DNA from: Christensenellaceae bacterium
GTDB lineage: Bacteria; Bacillota; Clostridia; Christensenellales; DTU072
NCBI GenBank assembly: GCA_031288735.1
Contig: JAITQU010000114.1
Coordinates: 1 to 58,568, forward strand
Length of the DNA: 58,568 nt
Direction of reading: 5' to 3'
Shown here: positions 10,726-20,533 of the stretch, piece by piece
Numbering within the stretch: the stretch's first letter is position 1
Layout: every line of letters starts with the position of its first letter
Translations under genes and position numbers: made by a program
Notes under the pieces: model-generated
Seen by the model: only the letters and a program-made list of their open reading frames with translations
What the model was told of the DNA's origin: nothing
The model's database searches: none

Positions 10726-11410
10726 AAAAATAATAAAATTTCAAAAGATTATTGAATATGTATTTAATAACCTTGAAGTTTTAATAACGGCTTTAACTCA
10801 TAAGTCTTATGCATCTCAAATAGGTCAAAACAGTTGCAATGAGCGTATGGAATTTTTAGGTGATAGTGTTTTGTCGGCTATCGTTGCAGAAACCTTATAT
10901 TTACACTATCCTACATACAGTGAAGGCAAGTTGTCTCAATTAAAAGCTCAAATTATTTCTGCGCCTAATTTAAGTGTTTGGTCACAAAAAATAAATTTGG
11001 GTGATTACATTTTTTTAGGTAAAAGCGATGATACAAGAGAGTCTAGGGAACGAGAAAGCTTGCTTTGTGATGCTTTTGAGGCTGTTGTAGGTGCTATATA
11101 TCTAGATGGTGGTTTTGAAAATGCAAGAAATTTTGTTCTAAAATTTTTAGATTTTAAGCAAGAAATAGTAATAACAGATTATAAAAGTAAACTTCAAGAA
11201 ATTGCTCAACACTTATATAAAAAAATCCCAGAATATAGAATAGTAAAAGAATTTGGTCCTGGACACAATAAAAGATTTGAAGCAGCAGTATTTGTAAATA
11301 GTGAGCTTTTAGGCAACGGAGTGGGGAGCTCTAAAAAAGAAGCGCATCAAGTTGCAGCTCAAAAATCTTTAAAAAACCTAAAAGAGTCTCTGGACGTAAA
11401 TAATGTTTAA
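10715..11410 (+). CDS. rnc: Ribonuclease III
   Basis: The RNase III signature NERMEFLGDSVL is present, with a C-terminal dsRNA-binding domain (GVGSSKKEAHQVAAQ). Confidence 0.9.
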   Translation: MISKKIIKFQKIIEYVFNNLEVLITALTHKSYASQIGQNSCNERMEFLGDSVLSAIVAETLYLHYPTYSEGKLSQLKAQIISAPNLSVWSQKINLGDYIFLGKSDDTRESRERESLLCDAFEAVVGAIYLDGGFENARNFVLKFLDFKQEIVITDYKSKLQEIAQHLYKKIPEYRIVKEFGPGHNKRFEAAVFVNSELLGNGVGSSKKEAHQVAAQKSLKNLKESLDVNNV

Positions 11411-11456
11411 CAAGCAACATTTCCGTCGGTAGATTTTATTAAAAGGGGTTAAAATT

Positions 11457-12626
11457 ATGGTGATGAACTATATGTTGTCTGAAGAAGAACAGATGATGGT
11501 TGAAACTGCTAGAAATATAGCAGTGGAAAAAATAAGGCCTGTTAGAGAACATTACGATGAAAAAGAAGAATTTCCATGGGAAATTGTAAAAGAGTTTGCG
11601 CAAGCTGATTTGTGCGGTGTTTATATACCTGAAGAATATGGTGGGTTTGGTAAAGGTATAATGGGTCTTGCGCTTGTTGTTGAAGAGCTTTGTAAAGTTG
11701 ATGGTGCAATTGCACTTTCGCTTGCTGCTACAGCGCTGGGGACTCTTCCAATTCTTCTAGTGGGAAATGAAGAACAAAAGAAAAAATATTTGCCTGACAT
11801 TGCTTCTGGCAAAAAACTTGCTGCTTTTGGTTTAACTGAAGCCTCAGCAGGTTCTGATGCTGCTGGTATGACTACCACTGCAGTTAAAGACGGTGATTAT
11901 TATATTTTAAACGGTACAAAGTGTTTTATAACTAATGGCGGGGATGCAGAAACTTATACTATTTTTGCAAAAACTAACCCTTCAAAAGGTGCAAGGGGAA
12001 TTTCTTGCTTTATAGTAGAAAAAGGAACTCCTGGTTTTGAGTTTGGTAAAAAAGAAAAAAAAATGGGTATAAGAGCTTCTTCTACAAGAGAACTTATATT
12101 TAAAGATTGTAAAGTACATAAAGATAGTCTTTTAGGAAAAGAAGGGCATGGTTTAATGATAGCTCAAGCTACATTAGATAACTCTCGTCCAGGAGTAGCA
12201 GCCCAAGCTCTTGGTATAGCATCTGGGGCATTAGATGAGGCTGTGGATTATGCAAGAAAGAGAGTACAATTTGGGCAACCTATAGCCTCTTTTCAGGGTA
12301 TACAACATATGCTTGCAGATATGGCCACAGAAGTTGAAGCTGCAAGAGCATTGCTTTATGCTTCTGCAAGGATGATAGATTCTGGTACTTCAAAACGTAC
12401 TAGTAAAGAATCGGCAATGGCTAAACTTTTTTGCTCAGAAGTTGCTATGAAAGTAACAACAAATGCCGTGCAAATTCTTGGTGGGTATGGGTATTCTAGA
12501 GAGTATCCTGTAGAAAAAATGATGAGAGACGCAAAAATAACAACTCTTTATGAAGGGACAAGTCAGATTCAAAAAAATGAAATTGCTCTTAATCTTATAA
12601 AAGAATCTGCAGCAAAAGCTAAGTAA
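11457..12626 (+). CDS. bcd: Short-chain (butyryl-CoA type) acyl-CoA dehydrogenase
   Basis: Acyl-CoA dehydrogenase motifs GLTEASAGSD, ITNGG and TLYEGTSQIQ are present. The gene lies directly upstream of etfB-etfA. Confidence 0.85.
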   Translation: MVMNYMLSEEEQMMVETARNIAVEKIRPVREHYDEKEEFPWEIVKEFAQADLCGVYIPEEYGGFGKGIMGLALVVEELCKVDGAIALSLAATALGTLPILLVGNEEQKKKYLPDIASGKKLAAFGLTEASAGSDAAGMTTTAVKDGDYYILNGTKCFITNGGDAETYTIFAKTNPSKGARGISCFIVEKGTPGFEFGKKEKKMGIRASSTRELIFKDCKVHKDSLLGKEGHGLMIAQATLDNSRPGVAAQALGIASGALDEAVDYARKRVQFGQPIASFQGIQHMLADMATEVEAARALLYASARMIDSGTSKRTSKESAMAKLFCSEVAMKVTTNAVQILGGYGYSREYPVEKMMRDAKITTLYEGTSQIQKNEIALNLIKESAAKAK

Positions 12627-12670
12627 ATTTTTTTGATAGTTTTATTTATATTGATAGGTGTGGGGAAAAA

Positions 12671-13456
12671 ATGAAAATAATTGTCTGTATTAAGCAGGTA
12701 CCTAACACAACAGATGTACAAATTGATGCAAATACAGGTAGACTTAAACGAGAAGGTGTAGAATCTATAATAAACCCTTATGATGAGTATGCTATAGAAG
12801 AGGGAGTAAGACTTAAAGAGAAATTTGGTGGCAAAGTAACAGTTATAACCATGGGCCCACAGCAGGCAGAATCTTCGTTAAGAGAAGCTATTGCTAGAGG
12901 TGCAGATGAAGCTGTTTTAGTAAGTGATAAAGCTTTTGGCGGTTCAGATACTTTGGCAACTTCCTACACTTTATCCAGTGCTATAAAAACAATAGGGGAG
13001 TACGATATTATAATTTGTGGCAAACAAGCCTCAGACGGTGATACTGCTCAAGTTGGGCCTGCTATAGCAGAAATGCTTAACATACCGCACGTTTCTTGTG
13101 TTAAAAAGATTGAAGTTGTAGATGATAATTCAATTAAAGTAGAAAGAATGATGGAAGATGGCTACGATTTGATAGAAAGCTCCTTTCCTGTTTTGTTTAC
13201 TGTCGTAAAAGAGATCAATAATCCAAGAGTACCTTCTCTTAAAGGTAAAATGGCTGCAAAAAAAGCTATTATTAAAACTTTTAATGTGGACTCTATTGGA
13301 GCTGATACAAAAAGAATAGGTTTGAGCGGATCTCCTACCCAAGTTGTGAAAATATTTAGCCCTCCGCAAAGAACAGGTGGAGAAAAGTTTGTAGGTCAAG
13401 CAAAAGATGTCGCTGCTAACTTGGTTAAAAGGTTGCTTGATCTTGGAATTATATAA
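12671..13456 (+). CDS. etfB: Electron transfer flavoprotein beta subunit
   Basis: The N-terminus MKIIVCIKQVPNTTDV and CGKQASDGDTAQVGP are typical of EtfB. Length is 261 aa. Confidence 0.9.
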   Translation: MKIIVCIKQVPNTTDVQIDANTGRLKREGVESIINPYDEYAIEEGVRLKEKFGGKVTVITMGPQQAESSLREAIARGADEAVLVSDKAFGGSDTLATSYTLSSAIKTIGEYDIIICGKQASDGDTAQVGPAIAEMLNIPHVSCVKKIEVVDDNSIKVERMMEDGYDLIESSFPVLFTVVKEINNPRVPSLKGKMAAKKAIIKTFNVDSIGADTKRIGLSGSPTQVVKIFSPPQRTGGEKFVGQAKDVAANLVKRLLDLGII

Positions 13457-13521
13457 AGAACAATTATAAAAAGTGGAATACAAACTAACTTTTCACTTTG
13501 CAAAAATGGGAGCTTTCTAAA

Positions 13522-14748
13522 ATGGCAAATACTATTAAGATTATAAGCGAAAAATGTGTGGGTTGCCAAATGTGTGCTAAAGCTTGTCCTTTCGGTGCAA
13601 TCTCTATGCTCCAAAGAGCTGAACATCCTAAAAAACTTGCGCTTGCAAGTATAGATTTAAACAAATGCACTTATTGTGGGCTTTGCATCCAAACTTGCAA
13701 ATTTAATGCAATAGAGTTTACAAAAGATGTGCCAGTAACAAATGTCGACAAAAACCTTTACAGAGGTGTTTGGGTATATGCAGAGCAAAGGCATGGAGTT
13801 GTTCATAGACTCTCGTATGAACTATTAAATAAAGGGAAACATCTTGCAAAAGAATTAGGAACAACTCTTAGCGCTATTTTAATTGGTGATAACATAAAAG
13901 CAAAAGCTCAAGGATTCATTAATAGAGGTGCTGATAAAGTTTATGTTTGTGATGACCCTCTTCTTCTTGAGTTTCAAGAAGAATCTTATTCGACTGTTTT
14001 TTCTCAATTGATAGAGCAAGAAAAACCTGAAATTGTTTTAATAGGTGCCACAGATATAGGGCGTTCTTTTGCTCCAAGAGTTGCAGCAAAAATTAAAACT
14101 GGTCTTACTGCAGATTGTATGTCTTTAGAAATAGATCATGATACAAGAAATTTAAAACAAACTAGACCTGCTTTTGGTGGCAATGTTATGGCTACTATTG
14201 TAACTCCAGAACATCGCCCTCAGATGTCTACAGTCCGGCATAGAGTTTTTAAAGAAGCCCAACTGCAAGAGGGACTAACAGGCGAAATCGTTGATTTTAA
14301 ATTGGACATCAAAACAATAGTAAATAGAACAAAATTTTTAGGCTTTGTAAAAGATGAAAGTAGTTCTATAGATATTTCTGATGCAGATATTGTAGTAGCA
14401 GGTGGAAGAGGTGTTGGAAGTGTTGAAGGTTTTAAACTTTTAAAAGAACTTGCAGATCTCTTAGGAGGGGCTTTAGGGGCATCTAGGGCTGCTGTTGATA
14501 GTGGATGGATACCTTATTCTCACCAAATAGGGCAGACAGGTAAGACAGTTTCTCCTAAACTTTATATAGCTTGTGCAATATCTGGCCATATGCAGCATAC
14601 TGTTGGTGTAAATGCAGACATTATTATTGCAATTAATAAAGATTCTTCTTGCCATATGATGCAGATAGCTACTTATGCATTAGAAGGTGATATATACGAA
14701 ATAGTTCCAAATATAATAAAAGAAATAAAATCTTGTAAATGTAGTTAA
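13522..14748 (+). CDS. etfA: Electron transfer flavoprotein alpha subunit with N-terminal 2x[4Fe-4S] ferredoxin domain
   Basis: Two ferredoxin motifs (CVGCQMCAKACP and CTYCGLCIQTCK) are followed by the EtfA core (VVAGGRGVG, PKLYIACAISGHMQH). ATG 13522 follows a GGGAG RBS; the ORF-track start at 13498 is a TTG. Confidence 0.9.
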   Translation: MANTIKIISEKCVGCQMCAKACPFGAISMLQRAEHPKKLALASIDLNKCTYCGLCIQTCKFNAIEFTKDVPVTNVDKNLYRGVWVYAEQRHGVVHRLSYELLNKGKHLAKELGTTLSAILIGDNIKAKAQGFINRGADKVYVCDDPLLLEFQEESYSTVFSQLIEQEKPEIVLIGATDIGRSFAPRVAAKIKTGLTADCMSLEIDHDTRNLKQTRPAFGGNVMATIVTPEHRPQMSTVRHRVFKEAQLQEGLTGEIVDFKLDIKTIVNRTKFLGFVKDESSSIDISDADIVVAGGRGVGSVEGFKLLKELADLLGGALGASRAAVDSGWIPYSHQIGQTGKTVSPKLYIACAISGHMQHTVGVNADIIIAINKDSSCHMMQIATYALEGDIYEIVPNIIKEIKSCKCS

Positions 14749-14949
14749 TTAAGAAAATTGATTCTTTCAAAGATACTTTAGGGATAGTAATTAATATTTA
14801 GTGTTCGTATATGTAATTAATTTGCGTTCCATAAATAACAGACGGTACCGCCCAGATTTTGCCTCCTATGGGAACAAGTTCATTCCCTGTGTAAACAACA
14901 AAGTTCCTTTTTTAAATTTAGAGCCTAATAATATAATGGGCTCTAAAAA

Positions 14950-15412
14950 TAGGACATAAAAAAGTATACGAAGAAGGGTTTAAGGCAAAAGGTAGCATTA
15001 GAAGCAATATAGATGAGCTGCATAGGCAATTAGGGAAGGCCAATGGGGGGGGGGGGTAGAATTCTTAAAGAAAAAGTACATACGAATATATGGTAAAGAA
15101 GCAGACTTGTCGAGCCTGAAATGAAGGAGTTGAATATAGAAGAGCAATGCCAATATTTAGGTATAGGATGTTCCTCATATTATTACAAGAAGCGAGATAA
15201 AAAAGCGATATTGGGGTGGATACAAGGAGTAATGATAGAACTGCCCTTTTATAGATATCGTAAGATATACGAAGTATTGAAAGAAGTTATAGAAGTAACA
15301 AAAAAGAAGAAAAAAGGAGACGATTATAAGTGATGAGAGCCATAAAAAATATCCATATTTGTTAAGGGGATATGAAATAAGATTTCCAAATCAAGTAGGG
15401 GCTACCGGTTTT
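14950..15412 (+). pseudogene. IS3-family transposase fragment (OrfA remnant plus OrfB N-terminus, truncated before the DDE core)
   Basis: The frames read KKVYEEGFKAK...IDELHRQLGKA..EFLKKK. They then read LVEPEMKELNIEEQCQYLGIGCSSYYYKKR...LPFYRYRKIYEVLK...KKYPYLLRGYEIRFPNQV, the usual lead-in to the IS3 catalytic domain. Stops and frameshifts interrupt the frames and the sequence breaks off near 15412. A G12 run lies at 15045-15056. Confidence 0.6.
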
Positions 15413-15800
15413 ATTTGTCTTGACTAATGGGCTCACTATATAAATCTCTCATAATTATAAAGATTAGTAAAATCTTTTATGGTCGGTTTTTGCAGAATAA
15501 TAGCAATAGGACTCTATCAAAACTAATATAAATATAGTTTAAGCTTTTGCACACCTGTGCAAGGATTGATTTTCCTGCTTGTCTTGGCACTAAAGGTCGA
15601 GTTTTTATTGTTTGTTGTAATAAATTATATAAATTTCTAGGGGGATATTTCATATTTATCCTATAATTACTAGTTTAGTATTGTGATCCTGTAAATTATA
15701 GTATTATAATACAATATAATATTAAATAATATTAAAATAATCAAGTTTATGTATGTGAAAAAGTTTAAATACATATTGGGCTGATGTGGTAGGATAAGTT

Positions 15801-15840
15801 AAATGCGGACAGGTTTTAAAACCTGTCCGCATTTTTCAAA
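15801..15840 (+). terminator. Perfect 15-bp stem / 4-nt loop hairpin followed by a T-run (intrinsic-terminator-like)
   Basis: The stem is aaatgcggacaggtt (15801-15815), the loop is ttaa, and the return arm is aacctgtccgcattt (15820-15834), followed by ttcaaaa. It sits at the left edge of the IS481-like element. Confidence 0.45.
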
Positions 15841-15849
15841 AACATCAGG

Positions 15850-16925
15850 GGACCTAATATGCAGTATATGAGCAAGTTTTAGAAGCTGCAAAGAGCAAAA
15901 GTGTAAAATGCATTGCAAAAGGCGATAAGTGCGCAAGAATGTAATCCGATAGCCAAAGAAGGTGAAAAGATAGCATTGTTTTACCAAAAGAATGGATTGA
16001 AGTTAACACAAGAAGCCTTTGAAGTTAAACGCTCAACATTGTTTAATAGACAAAAAGGATATAATGAATTTGTGATAGGAGGACTACTTCTCGGCAATAG
16101 GTGTCACAAGAAAAAACGCAAAAGCGCAATAGGGGAAAAATAGAAGGTTTCATATATGATGGCAATATACATAAAGACGAAATAAAGCCGCATTTGGATG
16201 AGTATTGCAAGAAAGAAGGTATAAGAACAATTTCCATATCAAGTATTGGGCGAATAATACGAAAATTCAAAGAGAAGGGATTATTGGATAATGGAGTAAA
16301 ATACAAATTCAACGCAGGTACTGGTAATTTAAGCAAAGTAAAGGTAAAAAAGATAAAAAAAGAACCAATAGGAAAGTATAAGCCGCAGGAACCCGGTGAT
16401 TTAGTACAAGCCGACAATATACATTTAAGAATAGATGGAAAGAAAAGATATATTATAAGTGCAATAGGCGTATTTGAAAAGATTGCCTTTAGCTAAGAAT
16501 ATGGTCGGTTAAACAGCAAAAACGCGCAAGATTTCTTTAAGAAATTAAAAGGATTTTATCCATTTGAAATAAAACGAATACAGACGGACAATGAAAGTGA
16601 ATTTGAAGGATATGCCCACGATTATTTGAAAGTAAATAGAATGAAGCATTTATTTACTTATCCGAATAGTCCAAAAAGCAATGTATATATAGAACGCTTT
16701 AATAGGACAATAAAAGAGCAGTTCGTTTATAGAAATAAAGATTGCCAAGAAGCAAACGAGCGAATACGTGATTGGCTAAATTGGTATAATACAAGCGTTA
16801 TCATAGAGGCTTGAATTATCAAATTCCGCTTGATTATACTTTGTCCGCTTTAAACACACAGGAGTCTAATATGTTATGAACTACTACACACTATTTACAA
16901 CTTTTTCAAAATATATTATATAATT
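15850..16925 (+). mobile_element. IS481-like (rve/DDE integrase) insertion sequence, decayed copy 1
   Basis: The broken frames give an HTH-like N-terminus (EGEKIALFYQKNGLKLTQEAFEVKRSTLF). They also give the DDE contexts DLVQADNIHL, RIQTDNESEF and NVYIERFNRTIKEQF, then WLNWYNT. Several stops and frameshifts are present. It is homologous to 54700-55600. Confidence 0.65.
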
Positions 16926-16967
16926 TATAATTGACAAGAGCAGGTATTTTAGAAATTAAATAAAAAA

Positions 16968-18116
16968 GGGTTGACTGTGTAAAGTTCCTTTAGTAAAATG
17001 AAGCTAAAGGAGCGTTAAAATTGACAAAGAAGAGTTGAAGAAAGTGAAGGGAGAAGCAAAGAGTTTGGAAGATTTGAATAAGATAATTGTAGAAATTAAG
17101 AAAGGACTGATAGGATTGATGTATGATGAGGAAATGAAAGAGGATCTAGGATTTAGAAGGTCAGAAAATAAAGAAGGTGGGCGAGAAAACTACAAAAACG
17201 GGAGCTATAGAAACAGAGAAAAAAGTAGAGAAGGAGAATTAGAAGTACCTATAGACCGACAAGGAGAGTATGAAGCAAAGGTAGAACCGAAAGGTAAAAG
17301 AGACATATTTGAAATAGAAGATAAAATAAATAGTTTGTAAGTATTGGGGCTAAGCACCATAGACATGTGAGAGAACATAAAGGAGCTATATGGATTTGAA
17401 GTAAGAGAAGGAACAATCAGCAAGATAACAAACGGAGTGGTGGAAAAAGTAAAAGAATGGCAAAACCGACGCTTGCAAGAAAAGTATAGAGTAATGTTTT
17501 TAGATGGACTATATAATGTAAAAGAAGAAGGAGTAGTAAGAAAGACAAGAGACGGGCTAGTAGGAATAGGTATGCAGGGACATAAGGGGAAGTACTGGGG
17601 ACTATATGCTAGGAGCCAGTCAAAACGAGAAGTATTGGCTAAATGTGTTGATGGAAATAAAAGGAAGAGGAGTAAAAGAAGTAGTGATATTTTGCACAGG
17701 TAATTTAACGGGAATAAAAGAAGCAATCCAAGCAGGTTTTACTCAAAGCGAACATCAGAAATGTATAGTGCATCAAGTAAGGAATGCAACCAAGCATGTA
17801 TCAAGCAAAGACTTAAAGGAAGTAGTGCAGATTTAAGGTCAATATTATACATAGCTGGGAGAGTGTAAACTTGAAGAGTTTAGAACAAAATGGGATAATA
17901 AGTATCGGTATGTAGGAGAAAGTTGGCAGCGAAATCGGACGGAGCTAGCAGCATTTTGGAAATATCCATGAGAAAAGAGATTTGTGGGTTGAGCGTCTGG
18001 AAAAAGTGGTGTGCAAAAATTCAGAATTGGAGTCAGATTTACAATCAGTTGCTTATTATTTCGGACAAAAATTAACAACAAAAAAGGCAACTTTACACAA
18101 TCTTTTTTACAGTCCC
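16968..18116 (+). mobile_element. IS256-family insertion sequence, transposase pseudogene with recognisable terminal inverted repeats
   Basis: The frames read NGSYRNREKSREGELEVPIDRQGEYEAKVEPKGKR, ELYGFEVREGTISKITNGVVEKVKEWQNRRL, YWLNVLMEIKGRGVKEVVIFCTGNLTGIKEAIQAGF..QKCIVHQVRNATKHV and a C-terminal KKW..IQNWSQIYNQLLII. All match the IS256/mutator pattern, but the frames are split by stops. The left end gggttgactgtgtaaagtt (16968-) matches the reverse complement of the right end aactttacacaatcttttttacagtccc (-18116). Confidence 0.75.
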
Positions 18117-18221
18117 TAAAAAAGTAATTTCTAAAAACACCTTAAACTTTAGTTATGATTCAGTTTAATGCTTTGTATCATTTCGTATCAGATATAATAT
18201 TTTTAGTAAAGGAGCATAACT

Positions 18222-18965
18222 GTGTTTACACTGAAAGTGAAAGAATTACAGAAATACTCCAAAAAGCTGGATTACACCTATAGTTTCGGTTCGTTTCCTA
18301 CACTTGAACTACTTAAAAATCGACAAGAACAAGTTAAAGCAGTGATAATACACCCTTCTATCACGGAAGAAATTTATAAAAACGTCAAGCAATATTGCAC
18401 TGATTACAAAATTTTCCTCTTAGAAAACGAACGTATTTTTGCCCGTATTTGTAATAAAGAAAATATTTTTCTAATAGGCGTAGTTCGAAAGTATGAAGAA
18501 AAACTAGGCTCTGATGCCAATCATGTGGTTATTGTAAGTCCTAGTGATATGGGAAATCTAGGTACAATAGTTAGAACTTGTGTTGGATTCGGTATACAAA
18601 ACTTAGCTCTCATCGAACCTGCTGCAGATGTTTTTAACCCAAAAACTATTCGTGCATCTATGGGTTCTTTATTTTCGATAAAATTTCAAAGTTTTCCCAG
18701 TTTTGAACAATACACACAGCAGTTTGGTAAGAAACGAAAATTATATTCATTTATGCTAAACGGAAAAAGGAAACTTGGTTCTTTTTCTCATACTAAAACA
18801 GTTCCCTATTCTCTTATTTTTGGTAATGAGTCGAGTGGGCTTGGCGATAGTTATCTTGAAATCGGTCAAAGCATTTTCATAAAACACACAAATAATATAG
18901 ATTCTCTAAACTTATCTCTTGCAGTTGGTATTGCAATTTATGAATTTACTAAGTTGGTTTTTTAG
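18222..18965 (+). CDS. TrmH/SpoU-family RNA 2'-O-ribose methyltransferase (candidate rRNA-modifying self-resistance enzyme)
   Basis: SPOUT motifs are present: VIVSPSDMGNLGTIVRT, LIFGNESSGL and IDSLNLSLAVGIAIYE. An AGGAG RBS precedes the GTG start. The stop abuts the PPTase ATG (TAG ATG). Confidence 0.8.
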   Translation: MFTLKVKELQKYSKKLDYTYSFGSFPTLELLKNRQEQVKAVIIHPSITEEIYKNVKQYCTDYKIFLLENERIFARICNKENIFLIGVVRKYEEKLGSDANHVVIVSPSDMGNLGTIVRTCVGFGIQNLALIEPAADVFNPKTIRASMGSLFSIKFQSFPSFEQYTQQFGKKRKLYSFMLNGKRKLGSFSHTKTVPYSLIFGNESSGLGDSYLEIGQSIFIKHTNNIDSLNLSLAVGIAIYEFTKLVF

Positions 18966-19670
18966 ATGAATATTTATACATATGATGCTAACATAATACA
19001 AAAAAAACTCAGGGTGTTTTGGTTAGAAATTTGTAATGATTTAGACTTTGTATTATTAGAGCAAATACGAAAAATGTTTGAAGCACAAACACCACAATAT
19101 ATTTTTCAGAAAGATATGATGCGACATACCTGTGCTATTTTATTAGCAGTTTACGCATGGAAAAAGGAATACAGCGAATTCCCATTTACTATGATCCTTC
19201 GTGATCTAAACGGAAAACCATATTTTTCGAATTGTTCTGACAAAAAACATATGCTATATTTCAACTTAACTCATTCTGGTGATATTGCCATGTGTGTGAC
19301 AGGCGCATCAGAAGTTGGGGCAGATATAGAACAAATTCAAAAAATACCGACTCAAGTTGCAAAACGCTATTTTGATCTTACTGAGCAAGAGAAATTTTTC
19401 AAAACCACTCTTGACAAACAGGATGAAGTATTTTATCAAATTTGGACAAAAAAAGAGAGTCTACTTAAAGCAATTGGGCTTGGTCTCAGAGGATTAGGAA
19501 AAAATGTAGAAAACGATTGGATTTGTACCCCGCTTTTCATTCGTGAAGGGTATGCAGCATCAGTGTGTTGCAAGGGTGAATACTCTGTTTTAATAGAATC
19601 GATTTCTTCTAATGATCTAATGGGATTTTGCCAAAATATCTGCAACAATGAAAGAGGGGATGGGGGATGA
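18966..19670 (+). CDS. Sfp-type 4'-phosphopantetheinyl transferase
   Basis: The Sfp motifs NGKPYF, FNLTHSGDIAM, VGADIEQI and WTKKESLLKAIGLG are present. Confidence 0.9.
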   Translation: MNIYTYDANIIQKKLRVFWLEICNDLDFVLLEQIRKMFEAQTPQYIFQKDMMRHTCAILLAVYAWKKEYSEFPFTMILRDLNGKPYFSNCSDKKHMLYFNLTHSGDIAMCVTGASEVGADIEQIQKIPTQVAKRYFDLTEQEKFFKTTLDKQDEVFYQIWTKKESLLKAIGLGLRGLGKNVENDWICTPLFIREGYAASVCCKGEYSVLIESISSNDLMGFCQNICNNERGDGG

Positions 19671-20369
19671 GTGGCTATTAAACTGATTGCAATTTCATAT
19701 GCTGGCGGCAGTTCTTTTAGTTACAGTGCATGGCGAAACTACCTACCATCATCTTTCGCTCTTTTGACTCCAGATTATGCTGGCCATGGTAAGCGATTCC
19801 ATGAACCTTTAGCTGAAAACTTTGAAAATATGGTTTTAGATATGTACTGGCAAGTAGTAAAAGACTGTGCAGGATCAGTTGTGTTGTATGGACACAGTTT
19901 AGGTGCTATGATTGCAGTATATACCGCACAACATTTATATCAACAAAATAAATTTATCCCACGAGCATTAATTTTGGCGGCTTGTCGAGGACCTGAAATG
20001 TTTAAAAACGAGGTACACACTACTCTTTCAGATGATCAACTACTTACATATTTGATAAACGTGCGAAGCCTCCCTTATGAAACTTTAGAAAGTCGTGAAT
20101 TTAAATCCTATGTTTTACCAGGAATTAGAAATGATTTTCGAATTGCAAATCAATTTGAATGTCCTTCGTTGATTCTTCCACCTTGTCCAGTTTTGTGCAT
20201 AAATGGAAAACAAGACTATAGCATAACTGATGATGCAGTAAATAACTGGCAAAAGTTTAGCTCTCAACAGATTAAAAATATACGAATTTCTGGTAATCAT
20301 TTTTTCCTAGAAGATGAAGTAGAGCTGACTTGTAGACTAATTATAGATTATTTAGAGCAACTTGTTTAG
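19671..20369 (+). CDS. Type II (editing) thioesterase
   Basis: This is an alpha/beta hydrolase with the GHSLGAMIA nucleophile elbow and a C-terminal GNHFFL His motif. Length is 232 aa. The GTG start immediately follows the PPTase stop. Confidence 0.85.
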   Translation: MAIKLIAISYAGGSSFSYSAWRNYLPSSFALLTPDYAGHGKRFHEPLAENFENMVLDMYWQVVKDCAGSVVLYGHSLGAMIAVYTAQHLYQQNKFIPRALILAACRGPEMFKNEVHTTLSDDQLLTYLINVRSLPYETLESREFKSYVLPGIRNDFRIANQFECPSLILPPCPVLCINGKQDYSITDDAVNNWQKFSSQQIKNIRISGNHFFLEDEVELTCRLIIDYLEQLV

Positions 20370-20533
20370 CATACCTAATTTTGTACCACGACAAACGTAT
20401 GAAAGAAATAAAAAGATCAAAGGGAGAAAAAATGATAAACCAACCTCTAAAATAGGCGGATTGGACTATTTTTATGGATTTAAAAAAATATTATATAATC
20501 TATCATAGTTGAAAAAAATAAAGGGAGGAAGCT

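Noticed and set aside
14749-14950. Searched the island edges (14749-14950 and 55600-55661) for a tRNA gene, att-type direct repeats or an integrase
   Set aside because: None was recognisable. I found only a short IS256-IR-like piece (ccctgtgtaaacaacaaagttcc near 14888-14912) and a small hairpin (tagagcc...ggctcta, 14918-14948). Integration therefore looks IS-mediated rather than integrase/tRNA-mediated.
15121-15333. 70-aa ORF listed in the ORF track
   Set aside because: It is the N-terminal part of an IS3 OrfB-like frame (LNIEEQCQYLGIGCSSYYYKK...PFYRYRKI) within a truncated pseudogene, not an independent gene. ORFs 15913-16143, 16101-16496, 16626-16814, 17035-17340, 17437-17836, 20699-20926, 55081-55269 and 55303-55599 are likewise pieces of broken transposases.
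15420-15800. Very AT-rich repetitive tract with a 16-bp perfect palindrome TTGCACACCTGTGCAA (15547-15562), considered as a CRISPR array or operator
   Set aside because: There is no regular repeat-spacer periodicity, so it is not CRISPR. The palindrome is isolated in IS debris with no adjacent gene to regulate. No CRISPR array was seen anywhere in the window.
17205-17726. 173-aa minus-strand ORF
   Set aside because: It is a low-complexity Leu/Ser/Pro-rich translation antisense to the purine-rich IS256 pseudogene, so it is a compositional artefact.
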